64,000 bases of DNA from Sumerlaeia bacterium (GTDB lineage Bacteria; Sumerlaeota; Sumerlaeia; SLMS01; JAHLLQ01), in assembly GCA_040219255.1 (NCBI GenBank), contig JAVJSW010000068.1, forward strand, positions 195,007-259,006, given 5' to 3'. How positions within the stretch are numbered: position 1 is the first letter of the stretch; each line of letters starts with the position of its first letter. The notes under the pieces were generated by a model. It searched no databases, was not told the origin of the DNA, and saw only the letters and a program-made list of their open reading frames with translations. A program made the position numbers and the translations under genes. Below are positions 20,095 through 28,339 of this stretch, one piece after another.

Positions 20095-21051
20095 TCAGGA
20101 GATTGTGGCGGCCAGATTCCGGCCCGCCAGCGTTTCTTGGTCCAGAACGGGGGCGCGCATCATTTCGAGCACGCGATCGACGCGCTGGTGGATTTCGCCG
20201 GGGCGGATCGCCAGGGTGCGGCGCAGGCTGAAATCCTCGACCACAAACGAAGCCATCGCGGTCCCCACGACGACCGCCTTGCGGACATCCTCGTCGGTGA
20301 AGCTGTTCAGCCGCGCCAGGTAGCCCACCAGACCGCCGGCGAAGGTGTCGCCCGCACCGGTCGGATCCTTCAGCTCGCGGAGCGGAAAGGCCGGGACGCT
20401 CATGACCCGGTCGCGCTGAAAGAGCAGCGACCCGTGCTCGCCCTTCTTGATGACCACCGTCTGCGGACCCAGCTCCTGGAGCGCGAGGCCCGCCTCGATC
20501 AAGTTCGGCGTTTCCATATATTGGCGCGCTTCCTCCTCGTTCAGGAGCAGGATGTTGACGCGCTCGATGACCTTGGTCAGCTCCTTCTTCGAGCCCTCGA
20601 TCCAGAAATTCATCGTGTCCAGCAGCACCGCCTTGGGGGCTGTCAGTTGATCCAGGACGGAGAGCTGGAGGCCGGGCTGGATGTTGGCCAGGAAAACGAA
20701 GGGCGCGTTGCGCTGGCTTTCGTCGAGGGTGGGGCGGAAGTTTTCGAAGACGTTGAGCGCGGTGGTGTTGGTGTGGGCGCCGCCCATCTCGCGCAAGTAA
20801 TAGCCGGACCAGCGGAAGGTCTGACCCGATTCCGACTTCAGGCCCGAGGTGTCGATGCCGCGGCCCTCGAAAGCGCCGACGTGCTCGCTGGGAAAGTCTT
20901 CGCCGACCACCGCGACCATCTTCACCGGGGCGAAATAGGACGCCGAGACACAGCCGTAGGAGGCCGAGCCTCCCAGGACTTCCGAGACGTTTCCATGAGG
21001 TGTTTCGACGGAATCGAGGGCGACCGATCCCACTACGAGGGCTTCTGACAC
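20095..21051 (-). CDS. PfkB-family carbohydrate kinase (ribokinase-like sugar kinase)
   Basis: N-terminal GS/GG substrate motif region and the C-terminal anion-hole motif DPTGAGDTFAGGLVGYL, which is diagnostic of the ribokinase/PfkB family. Length is 318 aa. Confidence 0.8.
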   Translation of the reverse strand: MSEALVVGSVALDSVETPHGNVSEVLGGSASYGCVSASYFAPVKMVAVVGEDFPSEHVGAFEGRGIDTSGLKSESGQTFRWSGYYLREMGGAHTNTTALNVFENFRPTLDESQRNAPFVFLANIQPGLQLSVLDQLTAPKAVLLDTMNFWIEGSKKELTKVIERVNILLLNEEEARQYMETPNLIEAGLALQELGPQTVVIKKGEHGSLLFQRDRVMSVPAFPLRELKDPTGAGDTFAGGLVGYLARLNSFTDEDVRKAVVVGTAMASFVVEDFSLRRTLAIRPGEIHQRVDRVLEMMRAPVLDQETLAGRNLAATIS

Positions 21052-21266
21052 GGCGTATTCCTTTGGCCTGGGGCGATGAAATCAGTTGCGTGCGGCGCCT
21101 TGAGCCGCCGCCCGAGAAAAGGGAGCGCAAACGCTGTGGTCAAGAGAAGACCGGCCAGGATTTCGCCCCTGCCTCCGTCTCGTTCCTCACCATGGCACTG
21201 AAGAAAAGGAGGGGAAGCCACCGGCCAGGGAAATCCATCCCGCGGCGAGGACCGGGAGGAGGGGGC

Positions 21267-21767
21267 CTATTCGTAAGGTGTTTCGGCGGGCGGGCCCGGC
21301 GGCGGAGGCATGTCTCCCCGCGGAGGCCCGGGGCGCTCGGCTTTGGCCTTCAGGCTGTCGATCACGCTCTGCACGCGGCTGGCGAGGCCCTCCTGACCGC
21401 TGCGCAGCAACTCGCTCGAGATGCTCTCCAGTTCGGCGATTTCGCGCTGCAGATCCAGCATGGGCGGTCCGGGCCGCTCCGGCCGTTCGCCACGTTCACC
21501 GCGTTCGGGGCGTTCCGGGCGCTCCGGACGTTCAGACTGTTCGGGGCGGCCTGGGCGTTCGGGACGCTCGCGGGCTTCGTTGTCTTCGCCGCGCGGTTCG
21601 CGCTGCAAGAACTCCTCGCGCCATTCCGGGCCCCGTTCGCGCTGCTGACCCTTGTCCTTCTCTTTGTCGTTGTTGGCGCGGGCCGGGGGTTGGGCCTGGG
21701 CCGAAACCAGGATCAGCCCCAGAACGGCGGCGGCGCAGGCCGCCATGGTCAGGCTTCGAATTTTCAT
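21267..21767 (-). CDS. Secreted protein with tandem ERPERP-type repeats, hypothetical
   Basis: Signal peptide MKIRSLTMAACAAAVLGLILVSAQA. The central region is RERPERPGRPEQSERPERPERPERGERGERPERPGPP, matching degenerate cgttcGgg DNA repeats at about 21480-21600. The C-terminus is Pro-rich. Confidence 0.45.
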   Translation of the reverse strand: MKIRSLTMAACAAAVLGLILVSAQAQPPARANNDKEKDKGQQRERGPEWREEFLQREPRGEDNEARERPERPGRPEQSERPERPERPERGERGERPERPGPPMLDLQREIAELESISSELLRSGQEGLASRVQSVIDSLKAKAERPGPPRGDMPPPPGPPAETPYE

Positions 21768-21903
21768 GGGTGATTTCCTCGTCGTGGTACGGATGGTCTG
21801 GATAGCCGTTGAACCATGGCCCGGCAGCAACCAGGGAAAAACAGAAATCTTTCCACGCGGAGGGCGGGCGCCGGTCTCGGAGAGAACGCGCCGCCGCTCC
21901 GCC

Positions 21904-22248
21904 TTATCCCGGGGGCCACTTCATCTGCCGGCCACCGAGAACGTGCAGGTGAATGTGGGGGACTTCCTGGCCGCCGGCGTCCTTGCAGTTCCACACCAGG
22001 CGATAGCCGTCGTCGGCGAGGCCTTCCTTCTCCGCCACGCGCGATGCCACCACGGTCATGTGGCCCACCAGTTCCTTGTGCTCGTCACCGAGGTCGGCGA
22101 CGGTGGCGATGGGCTCCTTGGGAATGACGAGAAGATGGGTCGGGGCCTGGGGAGCGATGTCGCGGATCACGATGCAGAAGGCGTCCTCGTAGACCCGTTC
22201 GGCAGGAATTTCACCGGCCAGAATTTTGCCAAAGACAGTTTCCGCCAT
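21904..22248 (-). CDS. HIT-family (histidine triad) nucleotide hydrolase
   Basis: MAETVFGKILAGEIPAERVYEDAFCIVIRDIAPQAPTHLLVIPK...EVPHIHLHVLGG contains the HxHxHxx histidine triad. The start was chosen at the internal Met (22246-22248), which gives the canonical ~115-aa HIT protein. Confidence 0.8.
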   Translation of the reverse strand: MAETVFGKILAGEIPAERVYEDAFCIVIRDIAPQAPTHLLVIPKEPIATVADLGDEHKELVGHMTVVASRVAEKEGLADDGYRLVWNCKDAGGQEVPHIHLHVLGGRQMKWPPG

Positions 22249-22876
22249 GGAAGCGTCTCCTCTGAAGAGGGAGTCGGTACATGACAGAAGCTTGTCCGGC
22301 AACGGCCCCGGTGTAAAGAGCAAGGCGGCGAGCCGGTGCGCCCGCGCGATCCTTACAACCGCGGAGAACACCGGGGACAGAGTTTTCACAGAGAAGATGC
22401 AAAGCAGACCGAAACCATGTCTTTAGACTCAACAAATTCAAAAGGACACGACTTGTCCTATCTCGCCGATTTTTCATACTGGAAGTGAATGAATGGGATA
22501 AATGTCGGATAATCGGACGTCTTTTCGGACTTCTTCGCGAGAAGAGATTTGGCGTTGCCCACTCGCCCGGATGGGACATCGCTTTCCTGCGAGGACCACG
22601 TAACCCTTCTCGGGCCAAACGTCTCTGTGCCATTTGTGACTCCGCGGGGAATTCTGTCAGGATCGGAGTTCGCCGCGCCTCGACGGAAGAGTTCGCGGCA
22701 GGTCCCTCGACAAAGCGCGTTTGCTCCCGATTTTTGAGTTGCCCTCGTCCCTCGCCTTCGTCAGGCATGAGAGGGCCAGCAGCAACTGATCGGCGAATCA
22801 TGGCGTCCACTCATGGGCTCGTGTTTCGTTCTCTTGCCGCTCTGGCAACCCCGACCCCCGTCTGGAGAATCTCCCC

Positions 22877-23260
22877 ATGACGTCCCGGATTCACAAGGCT
22901 CGCCTTGCCGCCGCTTTCGCCGTTTTGCTGGCGTCCGCCGCTCTGGCGCCCTCTGTCACCGACGCTCGCGGTCCGCTTTACGGCGTGACCTATCCCTCGA
23001 AGATCACCGGTAAGCTGTGGAGCGGTGTCTCCAACTGCCTCTTCTGCTGGTCCGAGATTCCCATCGAGATCAACAGCGAGATCCAGTCGACCGACCCCTT
23101 CACCGGCTCCGTCGTCGGCCTGGGCAAGGGCCTCTACTTCACCGGCCAGCGCCTCGTGCTTGGCGTGGTGGACGTGGTGACTTTCCCCATCGACGTGTAC
23201 GACAACAATTATCAATCCATCCAGCGCACCGAGTTCCCCTTCATCGACGAAGTGGAATGA
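22877..23260 (+). CDS. Small secreted protein, paralog 1 of a tandem pair (possibly the exosortase-system-associated TIGR04073-type family; unverified)
   Basis: Signal peptide MTSRIHKARLAAAFAVLLASAALA. Shares the block G-x-SN-x-L-x-W-x-EIP...PFTG-x-V-G-x-x-KG...FP with the next gene. Confidence 0.55.
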   Translation: MTSRIHKARLAAAFAVLLASAALAPSVTDARGPLYGVTYPSKITGKLWSGVSNCLFCWSEIPIEINSEIQSTDPFTGSVVGLGKGLYFTGQRLVLGVVDVVTFPIDVYDNNYQSIQRTEFPFIDEVE

Positions 23261-23323
23261 CGCTGCCAAGTCTTTGAATTCCAATCCACTCCCCTGACCG
23301 TCCCCAGGAGGTCCGCCGTCCCT

Positions 23324-23851
23324 ATGAAGCGCTCATTCCTTCTCACCGCCGCCGCCTGCCTTACCGGCCTGATGCTCATCATGACCGTTTCGCCGACGGT
23401 CGCCGCGGCCCAGACCGATGGCGATCGCTATCGCGAGACGACCGACATCGACAAGATGTTCACCAAACTCGGCCGCGGCATTTCCAATGTCCTCCTCGGC
23501 TGGGTCGAAATTCCCAAAACGGTGGCTGAAGAGTGGCGCCGCACCGAGCCCTTCACCGGCACCATCGTCGGCACCGTCAAAGGCGTCGTCTGGGCCGTGG
23601 CCCGCACCTTCGCCGGCTTCTACGAAATCATCAGCTTCCCCTTCCCCATCCCCCGCGACTACCAGCCCATCATGTACCCCGAGTACGTGCTGCCGACCGT
23701 CTGGGGCGAGCGGCTACCCATCTACGAGGACGAGTTCCTTTCCGGCTCCGCCATGGAATCCGCCGTCCTCGACTACGGCACCGGTTCCCCGACGTACGGC
23801 GTGGACAACGCCCGGAGCCTGGACCGCCAGTCGGTGACGCTCGAGTACTAA
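23324..23851 (+). CDS. Small secreted protein, paralog 2 of the tandem pair
   Basis: Signal peptide MKRSFLLTAAACLTGLMLIMTVSPTVAAA. The block LGRGISNVLLGWVEIPKTV...EPFTGTIVGTVKGVVWAVARTFAGFYEIISFPFP aligns with paralog 1 (LWSGVSNCLFCWSEIPIEI...DPFTGSVVGLGKGLYFTGQRLVLGVVDVVTFP). Confidence 0.6.
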   Translation: MKRSFLLTAAACLTGLMLIMTVSPTVAAAQTDGDRYRETTDIDKMFTKLGRGISNVLLGWVEIPKTVAEEWRRTEPFTGTIVGTVKGVVWAVARTFAGFYEIISFPFPIPRDYQPIMYPEYVLPTVWGERLPIYEDEFLSGSAMESAVLDYGTGSPTYGVDNARSLDRQSVTLEY

Positions 23852-23890
23852 GACCGGCCCCTCGCCTCGCGGCGGCTCTCCCAGGATTCT

Positions 23891-23916
23891 CCCAGCCGGT
23901 TCCGGCTGGGTTTTTT
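23891..23916 (+). terminator. Intrinsic terminator after the paralog pair
   Basis: cccagccgg-tt-ccggctggg palindrome followed by tttttt (23911-23916). Confidence 0.6.
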
Positions 23917-23918
23917 CT

Positions 23919-25085
23919 TTAATTCCCCGGCGCTTTCTTCGGCGGCGCTTTCTTCAGCGGCACCTTCTTCAGCGGCACTTGCTCCGCCGGCCACTCGAAC
24001 CATTCCAGACCCCCCTCGAAGGTGGCGATCACGATGCGGTGGGGCGTCTCGAAGGCCACCTCGACCGCCGGGCCCGATTCGGGGCGGAAACGGCGCCGCT
24101 CGGTCCATGTCTCCGATTCGTCCTCCTTCACCATCCAGCGCACACCCCCCTCGTTCTCCGAGATCAGCAGGCCCTGCGGCGAAGCGGAGAGATGGCGCGT
24201 CGCGACCTCGGAGGGCGGTGGACCGAACGCCAGCGCCGGCGTCAAACGGTCGCCCCCCCAGCGATAGCCCTTCACCCCGTTCCACCGATCCACCGCGTAG
24301 AGTTCCCCGCCGGGCGCGGCGGCCAGCGAATCGGTGTACGAATCCGCCCTGATGGATTGCAGCAGCACCGGCCGCATCGGATCCTCCACCCCCAGCACCA
24401 GCAGACCCGCCGTATCGGCCACGGCCGTCCGGGCGGGGGTGAGGAAGGCGATCCGCTTGGCATAATGGGCATAGGGGAAACGGCCGCGAAGCACCGGCGG
24501 CTTGTCCCGGCCGTCGTCCCACTGCCAGATGGAAATGCCCGCCGGACCGCTGGCGACCATCATCAGGGCCGGCACGGGGCCCGACGCCGGCCGATAGGCC
24601 AAACCGGTGGGAATGCCTTCCACGTCCCATGTCATGATCTCCTCTGCGGGGGCGCCATCGGGGCTCAGGCGCACCAGGCGGATTTTGCCCCACCGCCCCG
24701 CAAGAAAAACCGCGTTGGGCCCATAGGGCGCGGCCGCCTCGGCGGACAGCGTGGGCCAATCGGGCTGGGTCGAGAAGCCGGCGCCCGGCGGATCGGCTCC
24801 GCGCCGGTACCACGCCACGCCCGCCAACCCCTGGCTGACCGCGACGACGTCCTGCAGGACGGCCAGGGAGAGGGCAGGGTGTTGCGTCTCGAGACGATGG
24901 CTCGCGATGGGCGCCGCTGGCTCGGAAGCCGCCACGAAGGGAAGGCCAAGCAGCAGCGAGACGGCCGCGGCAACGCGAACGCGGCGTCGACGGCGGCGCC
25001 GGGTCTTGCCTTGACCCTGCCGAGGCGCGCGCGTGCATTGGCTTCCTGTCTCGGGGCGCTCGGCGTCATGGGAAGAAGTTGTCAT
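23919..25085 (-). CDS. Secreted hypothetical protein, beta-propeller/LVIVD-repeat-like
   Basis: Arg-rich N-terminus followed by a hydrophobic signal (RVRVAAAVSLLLGLPFVAASEP). Repeated G-x-A/LVLGVEDP-type motifs suggest a beta-propeller. The antisense portion of the 23979-25613 ORF is non-protein-like. Confidence 0.5.
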   Translation of the reverse strand: MTTSSHDAERPETGSQCTRAPRQGQGKTRRRRRRRVRVAAAVSLLLGLPFVAASEPAAPIASHRLETQHPALSLAVLQDVVAVSQGLAGVAWYRRGADPPGAGFSTQPDWPTLSAEAAAPYGPNAVFLAGRWGKIRLVRLSPDGAPAEEIMTWDVEGIPTGLAYRPASGPVPALMMVASGPAGISIWQWDDGRDKPPVLRGRFPYAHYAKRIAFLTPARTAVADTAGLLVLGVEDPMRPVLLQSIRADSYTDSLAAAPGGELYAVDRWNGVKGYRWGGDRLTPALAFGPPPSEVATRHLSASPQGLLISENEGGVRWMVKEDESETWTERRRFRPESGPAVEVAFETPHRIVIATFEGGLEWFEWPAEQVPLKKVPLKKAPPKKAPGN

Positions 25086-25103
25086 GGAATTGAGGGACCT
25101 GAA

Positions 25104-25613
25104 ATGGGATCGGAAAGGTTGGAGCCAGAGACACGCCGCCGCTCCCTGGATCAGACGCTGGCGTTCTGCGCGCTGAACTGGATTCTGCCCGGCTCCGGAT
25201 ATCTGGCGGCGGGGATTCGCACCCGGGGCTGGACTCTGTTCGCGCTTCTCAATGGCTGCTTTCTGCTTGGCCTGGCGTTCAACGGAACGACGGAGATGCC
25301 GGGGCTGTTGCCCTCAAGCGAGAACTGGAATATCGTTGCCGTACTCACCTTCATGGTCAAGGTCTGCCACGGCGGAGGCACGATGTTGCTCCTGTGGCTG
25401 GCGGACTCGGAGTCCCTGCTGGGGCGTCTTCTGGTGCGGGACCCGGGAACGGCCTATTCGGACCTGGGGTCGTTTCACCTGCTGGTGTCGGGGGGGCTGA
25501 ATTATTTCGCCACCGTTCGGCTCTACGACATCCTGACGGGCGCGGACGAGGACGAACTGGCCCGCGGGAAGGAACAGGAACGGACGGACAGCGAAGAGGA
25601 GAAGGCGCCATGA
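25104..25613 (+). CDS. Membrane protein, hypothetical (about 170 aa)
   Basis: Start at MGSERLEPE (ATG at 25104, in frame with the long ORF). Three to four hydrophobic segments (LAFCALNWILPGSGYLAAGI, WTLFALLNGCFLLGLAF, IVAVLTFMV) and an acidic C-terminal tail. Confidence 0.45.
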   Translation: MGSERLEPETRRRSLDQTLAFCALNWILPGSGYLAAGIRTRGWTLFALLNGCFLLGLAFNGTTEMPGLLPSSENWNIVAVLTFMVKVCHGGGTMLLLWLADSESLLGRLLVRDPGTAYSDLGSFHLLVSGGLNYFATVRLYDILTGADEDELARGKEQERTDSEEEKAP

Positions 25614-25795
25614 CAGGTCCCGTGTACATTTTGTCAGCTCTTTACCTGACACTGCTGGTGTCGCTGGTGATTTCCGTGCTGGAGCCCGAATGGCGCAACA
25701 AATTGTGGAAAAACACGCTGCGGCGATGGGGAAAATTCCTGGGTGGGCTGGCAATTCTTGGGGTGATTGTGCAGATTCTTACCCTATTGGCGTAA
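25610..25795 (+). CDS. Small two-helix membrane protein (61 aa), hypothetical
   Basis: The ATG at 25610 overlaps the upstream stop (ATGA). MTGPVYILSALYLTLLVSLVISVL...FLGGLAILGVIVQILTLLA. Confidence 0.35.
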   Translation: MTGPVYILSALYLTLLVSLVISVLEPEWRNKLWKNTLRRWGKFLGGLAILGVIVQILTLLA

Positions 25796-25947
25796 ATTCG
25801 CAGCCGGGCGACATCCAAAATCCTTCGTTTCGTCTTGACCACAGAGACATATGACGGGAGGGATTGCCCCGCACCTAATCGGACTTCCTTCCCTGTTAGG
25901 GCGGTCCCACAGACGAACCACTTCCGAAAGGAGGGAGTTTAGCTCCC

Positions 25948-26586
25948 ATGAAACGTTTCAAAGGTTTCACCCTGATCGAACTTCTTATCGTTGTTGCGAT
26001 CATCGCCATCCTGGCGGCCATCGCCGTCCCCAACTTCCTTGAAGCCCAAGTCCGCTCCAAGGTCTCCCGCGTCAAGTCCGACCAGCGCTCCATGGCCACC
26101 GCCATCGAGTCCTACTACGTGGACAACAACCAGTACCCCGCCATGACCACCGTTCTGGCGAACTCGGTCGACGAAGGTATCATCACGACCTCCGCCGGTG
26201 TGACTTTCGCCCGTCGTCTTCCCACGACCCAGCTGTCCACCCTGACCACCCCCATCGCCTACATCACCTCCTACTTCGCCGATCCCTTCGCCGATACCCG
26301 TGGCCTGACCTTCCGCTACTACAAAGAGCGCGCTGGCTGGATCCTCGGATCCTGGGGCCCGGACACCGATCAGGGCACCATCAACGACGTCGCCTGGGAC
26401 AGCGTCACCGCTAGCCCCTACGGCTTCGCCCAGGCCGCTGGCTCTCTGGAAACCGTCTACGACGCCGGCGTCGCTCAGCCCAGCACCACGCTGCTGACCG
26501 GCACCAGCGCCGATGGCGGCGCCTACACCTACGACCCGACGAACGGCACCGTTTCGCAGGGCGACGTCTGGCGCGTGAAGCAGTAA
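25948..26586 (+). CDS. Major pseudopilin / type IV pilin-like protein (GspG-like, prepilin-type N-terminal cleavage/methylation domain)
   Basis: MKRFKGFTLIELLIVVAIIAILAAIAVPNFLEAQVRSKVSRVKSDQRS is a textbook class III signal plus GspG N-terminal helix (G-F-T-L-I-E, Glu at +5). The remaining 212 aa are Thr/Ser-rich. Confidence 0.8.
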   Translation: MKRFKGFTLIELLIVVAIIAILAAIAVPNFLEAQVRSKVSRVKSDQRSMATAIESYYVDNNQYPAMTTVLANSVDEGIITTSAGVTFARRLPTTQLSTLTTPIAYITSYFADPFADTRGLTFRYYKERAGWILGSWGPDTDQGTINDVAWDSVTASPYGFAQAAGSLETVYDAGVAQPSTTLLTGTSADGGAYTYDPTNGTVSQGDVWRVKQ

Positions 26587-26632
26587 TTCGGACCTGCCCC
26601 GAATTGCCTGCCTGACGGCTTGAAAGTCTGAT

Positions 26633-26677
26633 CGGCGGCTTTCCCACCTTCCCGGGAAAGCCGCCGGTCGCTTTTTT
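26633..26677 (+). terminator. Intrinsic terminator after the pseudopilin gene
   Basis: 13-bp perfect stem cggcggctttccc / gggaaagccgccg with loop accttccc, followed by gtcgc and then tttttt. Confidence 0.65.
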
Positions 26678-26727
26678 AATCACCGCCCTTGCCCGCCAGC
26701 CGCCCCACTCGTCATCTTCCCAACGCT

Positions 26728-26979
26728 ATGCGAGTCACCAAGGACCAGGTCGAACCCCGTCTGCGCCGCGCCCAGAACCATCGCCGGGCCGTCCTCTTCG
26801 TTTTTCTCGTCTTCCTGCTCATCAGCCTCCTCGGCCTCGGACTCGCCGGCTTGACCCTCGCCAAACGCCAGTTCGAAACCCGCGGCGAGCGTCAACGCCG
26901 CGTCTCGCAGACCCGGCACGATCACGAAACAGCCACCAGCCCCACCCTCGTCACGACCGGCACCCTGACCCTTCCATGA
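26728..26979 (+). CDS. Small membrane protein (about 83 aa), hypothetical
   Basis: MRVTKDQVEPRLRRAQNHRRAVLFVFLVFLLISLLGLGLAGLTLA has a single strong TM helix. Its stop overlaps the GT4 start (ATGA at 26976). This is a weak call. Confidence 0.3.
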   Translation: MRVTKDQVEPRLRRAQNHRRAVLFVFLVFLLISLLGLGLAGLTLAKRQFETRGERQRRVSQTRHDHETATSPTLVTTGTLTLP

Positions 26980-28130
26980 CTTCGAGCCCGCACCCCAGCG
27001 ACAAGCCCATCCCCGTGACCCGGGTGATCACCTGGCTGCCGGTGGGCGGCATCGAACGGCGCCTGGTTTCGGTCCTGCCGCGTCTCGCCGACAAAGGCTT
27101 CGCCCCCCGCCTCCTCTGCATCCGCGAGGAAGGCCCGCTAGCCCAGGAGCTGCGCGACGCCGGCGTGCCGGTGGACCTGATCGCGCTGCGCACGCGCCTC
27201 GATCCCTTCGGCATTCGCCGCATGGCCGCGGCCCTGCGGACCCACGGAACGCGGGTGCTGCACAGCCACATGTATCGCTCCAACGTCCCGGGCACCCTCG
27301 CCGGGCGGCTCGCTCGCGTCCCCGTCGTCTTTGGCCAGGTGCACAACGTCGGCACCTGGGAAACGCCCCGGCAACGCGCCATGGATCGGTTCCTGTGCCG
27401 GTGGCGCACGGGAATGATCTGCGTCTCGCGGGCCGTCCAGCGCGACGTGCGCGACAACCTGGGCCTCCCAGAGGACGCCACGCCGGTGCTGTACAATGGC
27501 TGCGACACGGATCGTTTCCGCCCCGACGAGGCCCTGCGCGCGGCCACCCGCGATGCGCTCGGCATCGCCCCGGGCCAACTGGCCGCCCTCGTTCCGGCGC
27601 GGCTCCACTCTCAGAAAAACCCCCTGCACACGGCGGAGGCCTTCGCCCGGGCCCTTGGCCACCTCGGTGCCTCCTCCGCGACCCCCGTGCTCCTGTTCGC
27701 CGGCGGAGGGCCGATGGAGGACGCCCTGCGCGACCGCGTGGCCCAGCTCGGCCTTGCGGAGAACGTGCGCCTGCTGGGCAAGCGCGACGACATGACGGCC
27801 CTCTACAACGCCGCCGACGTCATGGTGCTGTCCACGGCCAAGGAAGGCTTCTCGAACGCCGTGGTGGAGGCCCTGGCCTGTGGCAAACCGGTGATCGCCG
27901 CCGACGTCGGAGGCAACGCCGAGGCGCTGACGCCCGAGGTGGGCTGGCTCCACGAGGCGGGCGACACCGAAGCCCTCGCGTCCCAGCTCGCCGAAGCCTT
28001 CGCCGGCCCCGAAGCCCTCGCCCGGCGCGCCGCCGCCTGCCGCGACCGCGGCCTGCGCTTCAGCCTCGACCGGCTGGTGGAGGAAACGGCCGCCCTCTAC
28101 CGCCGCGCCCTCGACGCGGCCGGCGAATAG
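26976..28130 (+). CDS. GT4-family (GT-B, group 1) glycosyltransferase
   Basis: Glyco_transf_4 N-terminal half (VTRVITWLPVGGIERRL...LHSHMYRSNVPGTLA). C-terminal half with the EGFSNAVVEALACGKPVIAADVGGNAE nucleotide-sugar binding motif (E-x7-E). Confidence 0.8.
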   Translation: MTSSPHPSDKPIPVTRVITWLPVGGIERRLVSVLPRLADKGFAPRLLCIREEGPLAQELRDAGVPVDLIALRTRLDPFGIRRMAAALRTHGTRVLHSHMYRSNVPGTLAGRLARVPVVFGQVHNVGTWETPRQRAMDRFLCRWRTGMICVSRAVQRDVRDNLGLPEDATPVLYNGCDTDRFRPDEALRAATRDALGIAPGQLAALVPARLHSQKNPLHTAEAFARALGHLGASSATPVLLFAGGGPMEDALRDRVAQLGLAENVRLLGKRDDMTALYNAADVMVLSTAKEGFSNAVVEALACGKPVIAADVGGNAEALTPEVGWLHEAGDTEALASQLAEAFAGPEALARRAAACRDRGLRFSLDRLVEETAALYRRALDAAGE

Positions 28131-28339
28131 GCCGGCCTTCCCGTTCTCGAAAATCCCCCTGTGAATCACCACACCCATCGCGAGTCCATTCATGGGCGGA
28201 GCCCCCCTTCCAAGAGAAGATGCCCCAAAGGTAAACCGTCGCCCCCCGGCTGGCGCGTGACAAAGTGCGGTTAAACCCGTGGGTTTTAACGGTGTGGCGG
28301 GGACGGGGCGGGGGCGGAAATGGCCTGCTGCCGGGCGAT

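Noticed and set aside
22485-22880. 131-aa ORF in the leader upstream of the secreted paralog pair
   Set aside because: Arg/Ser-rich, no motifs, and it overlaps the likely promoter/leader. It is treated as non-coding leader DNA.
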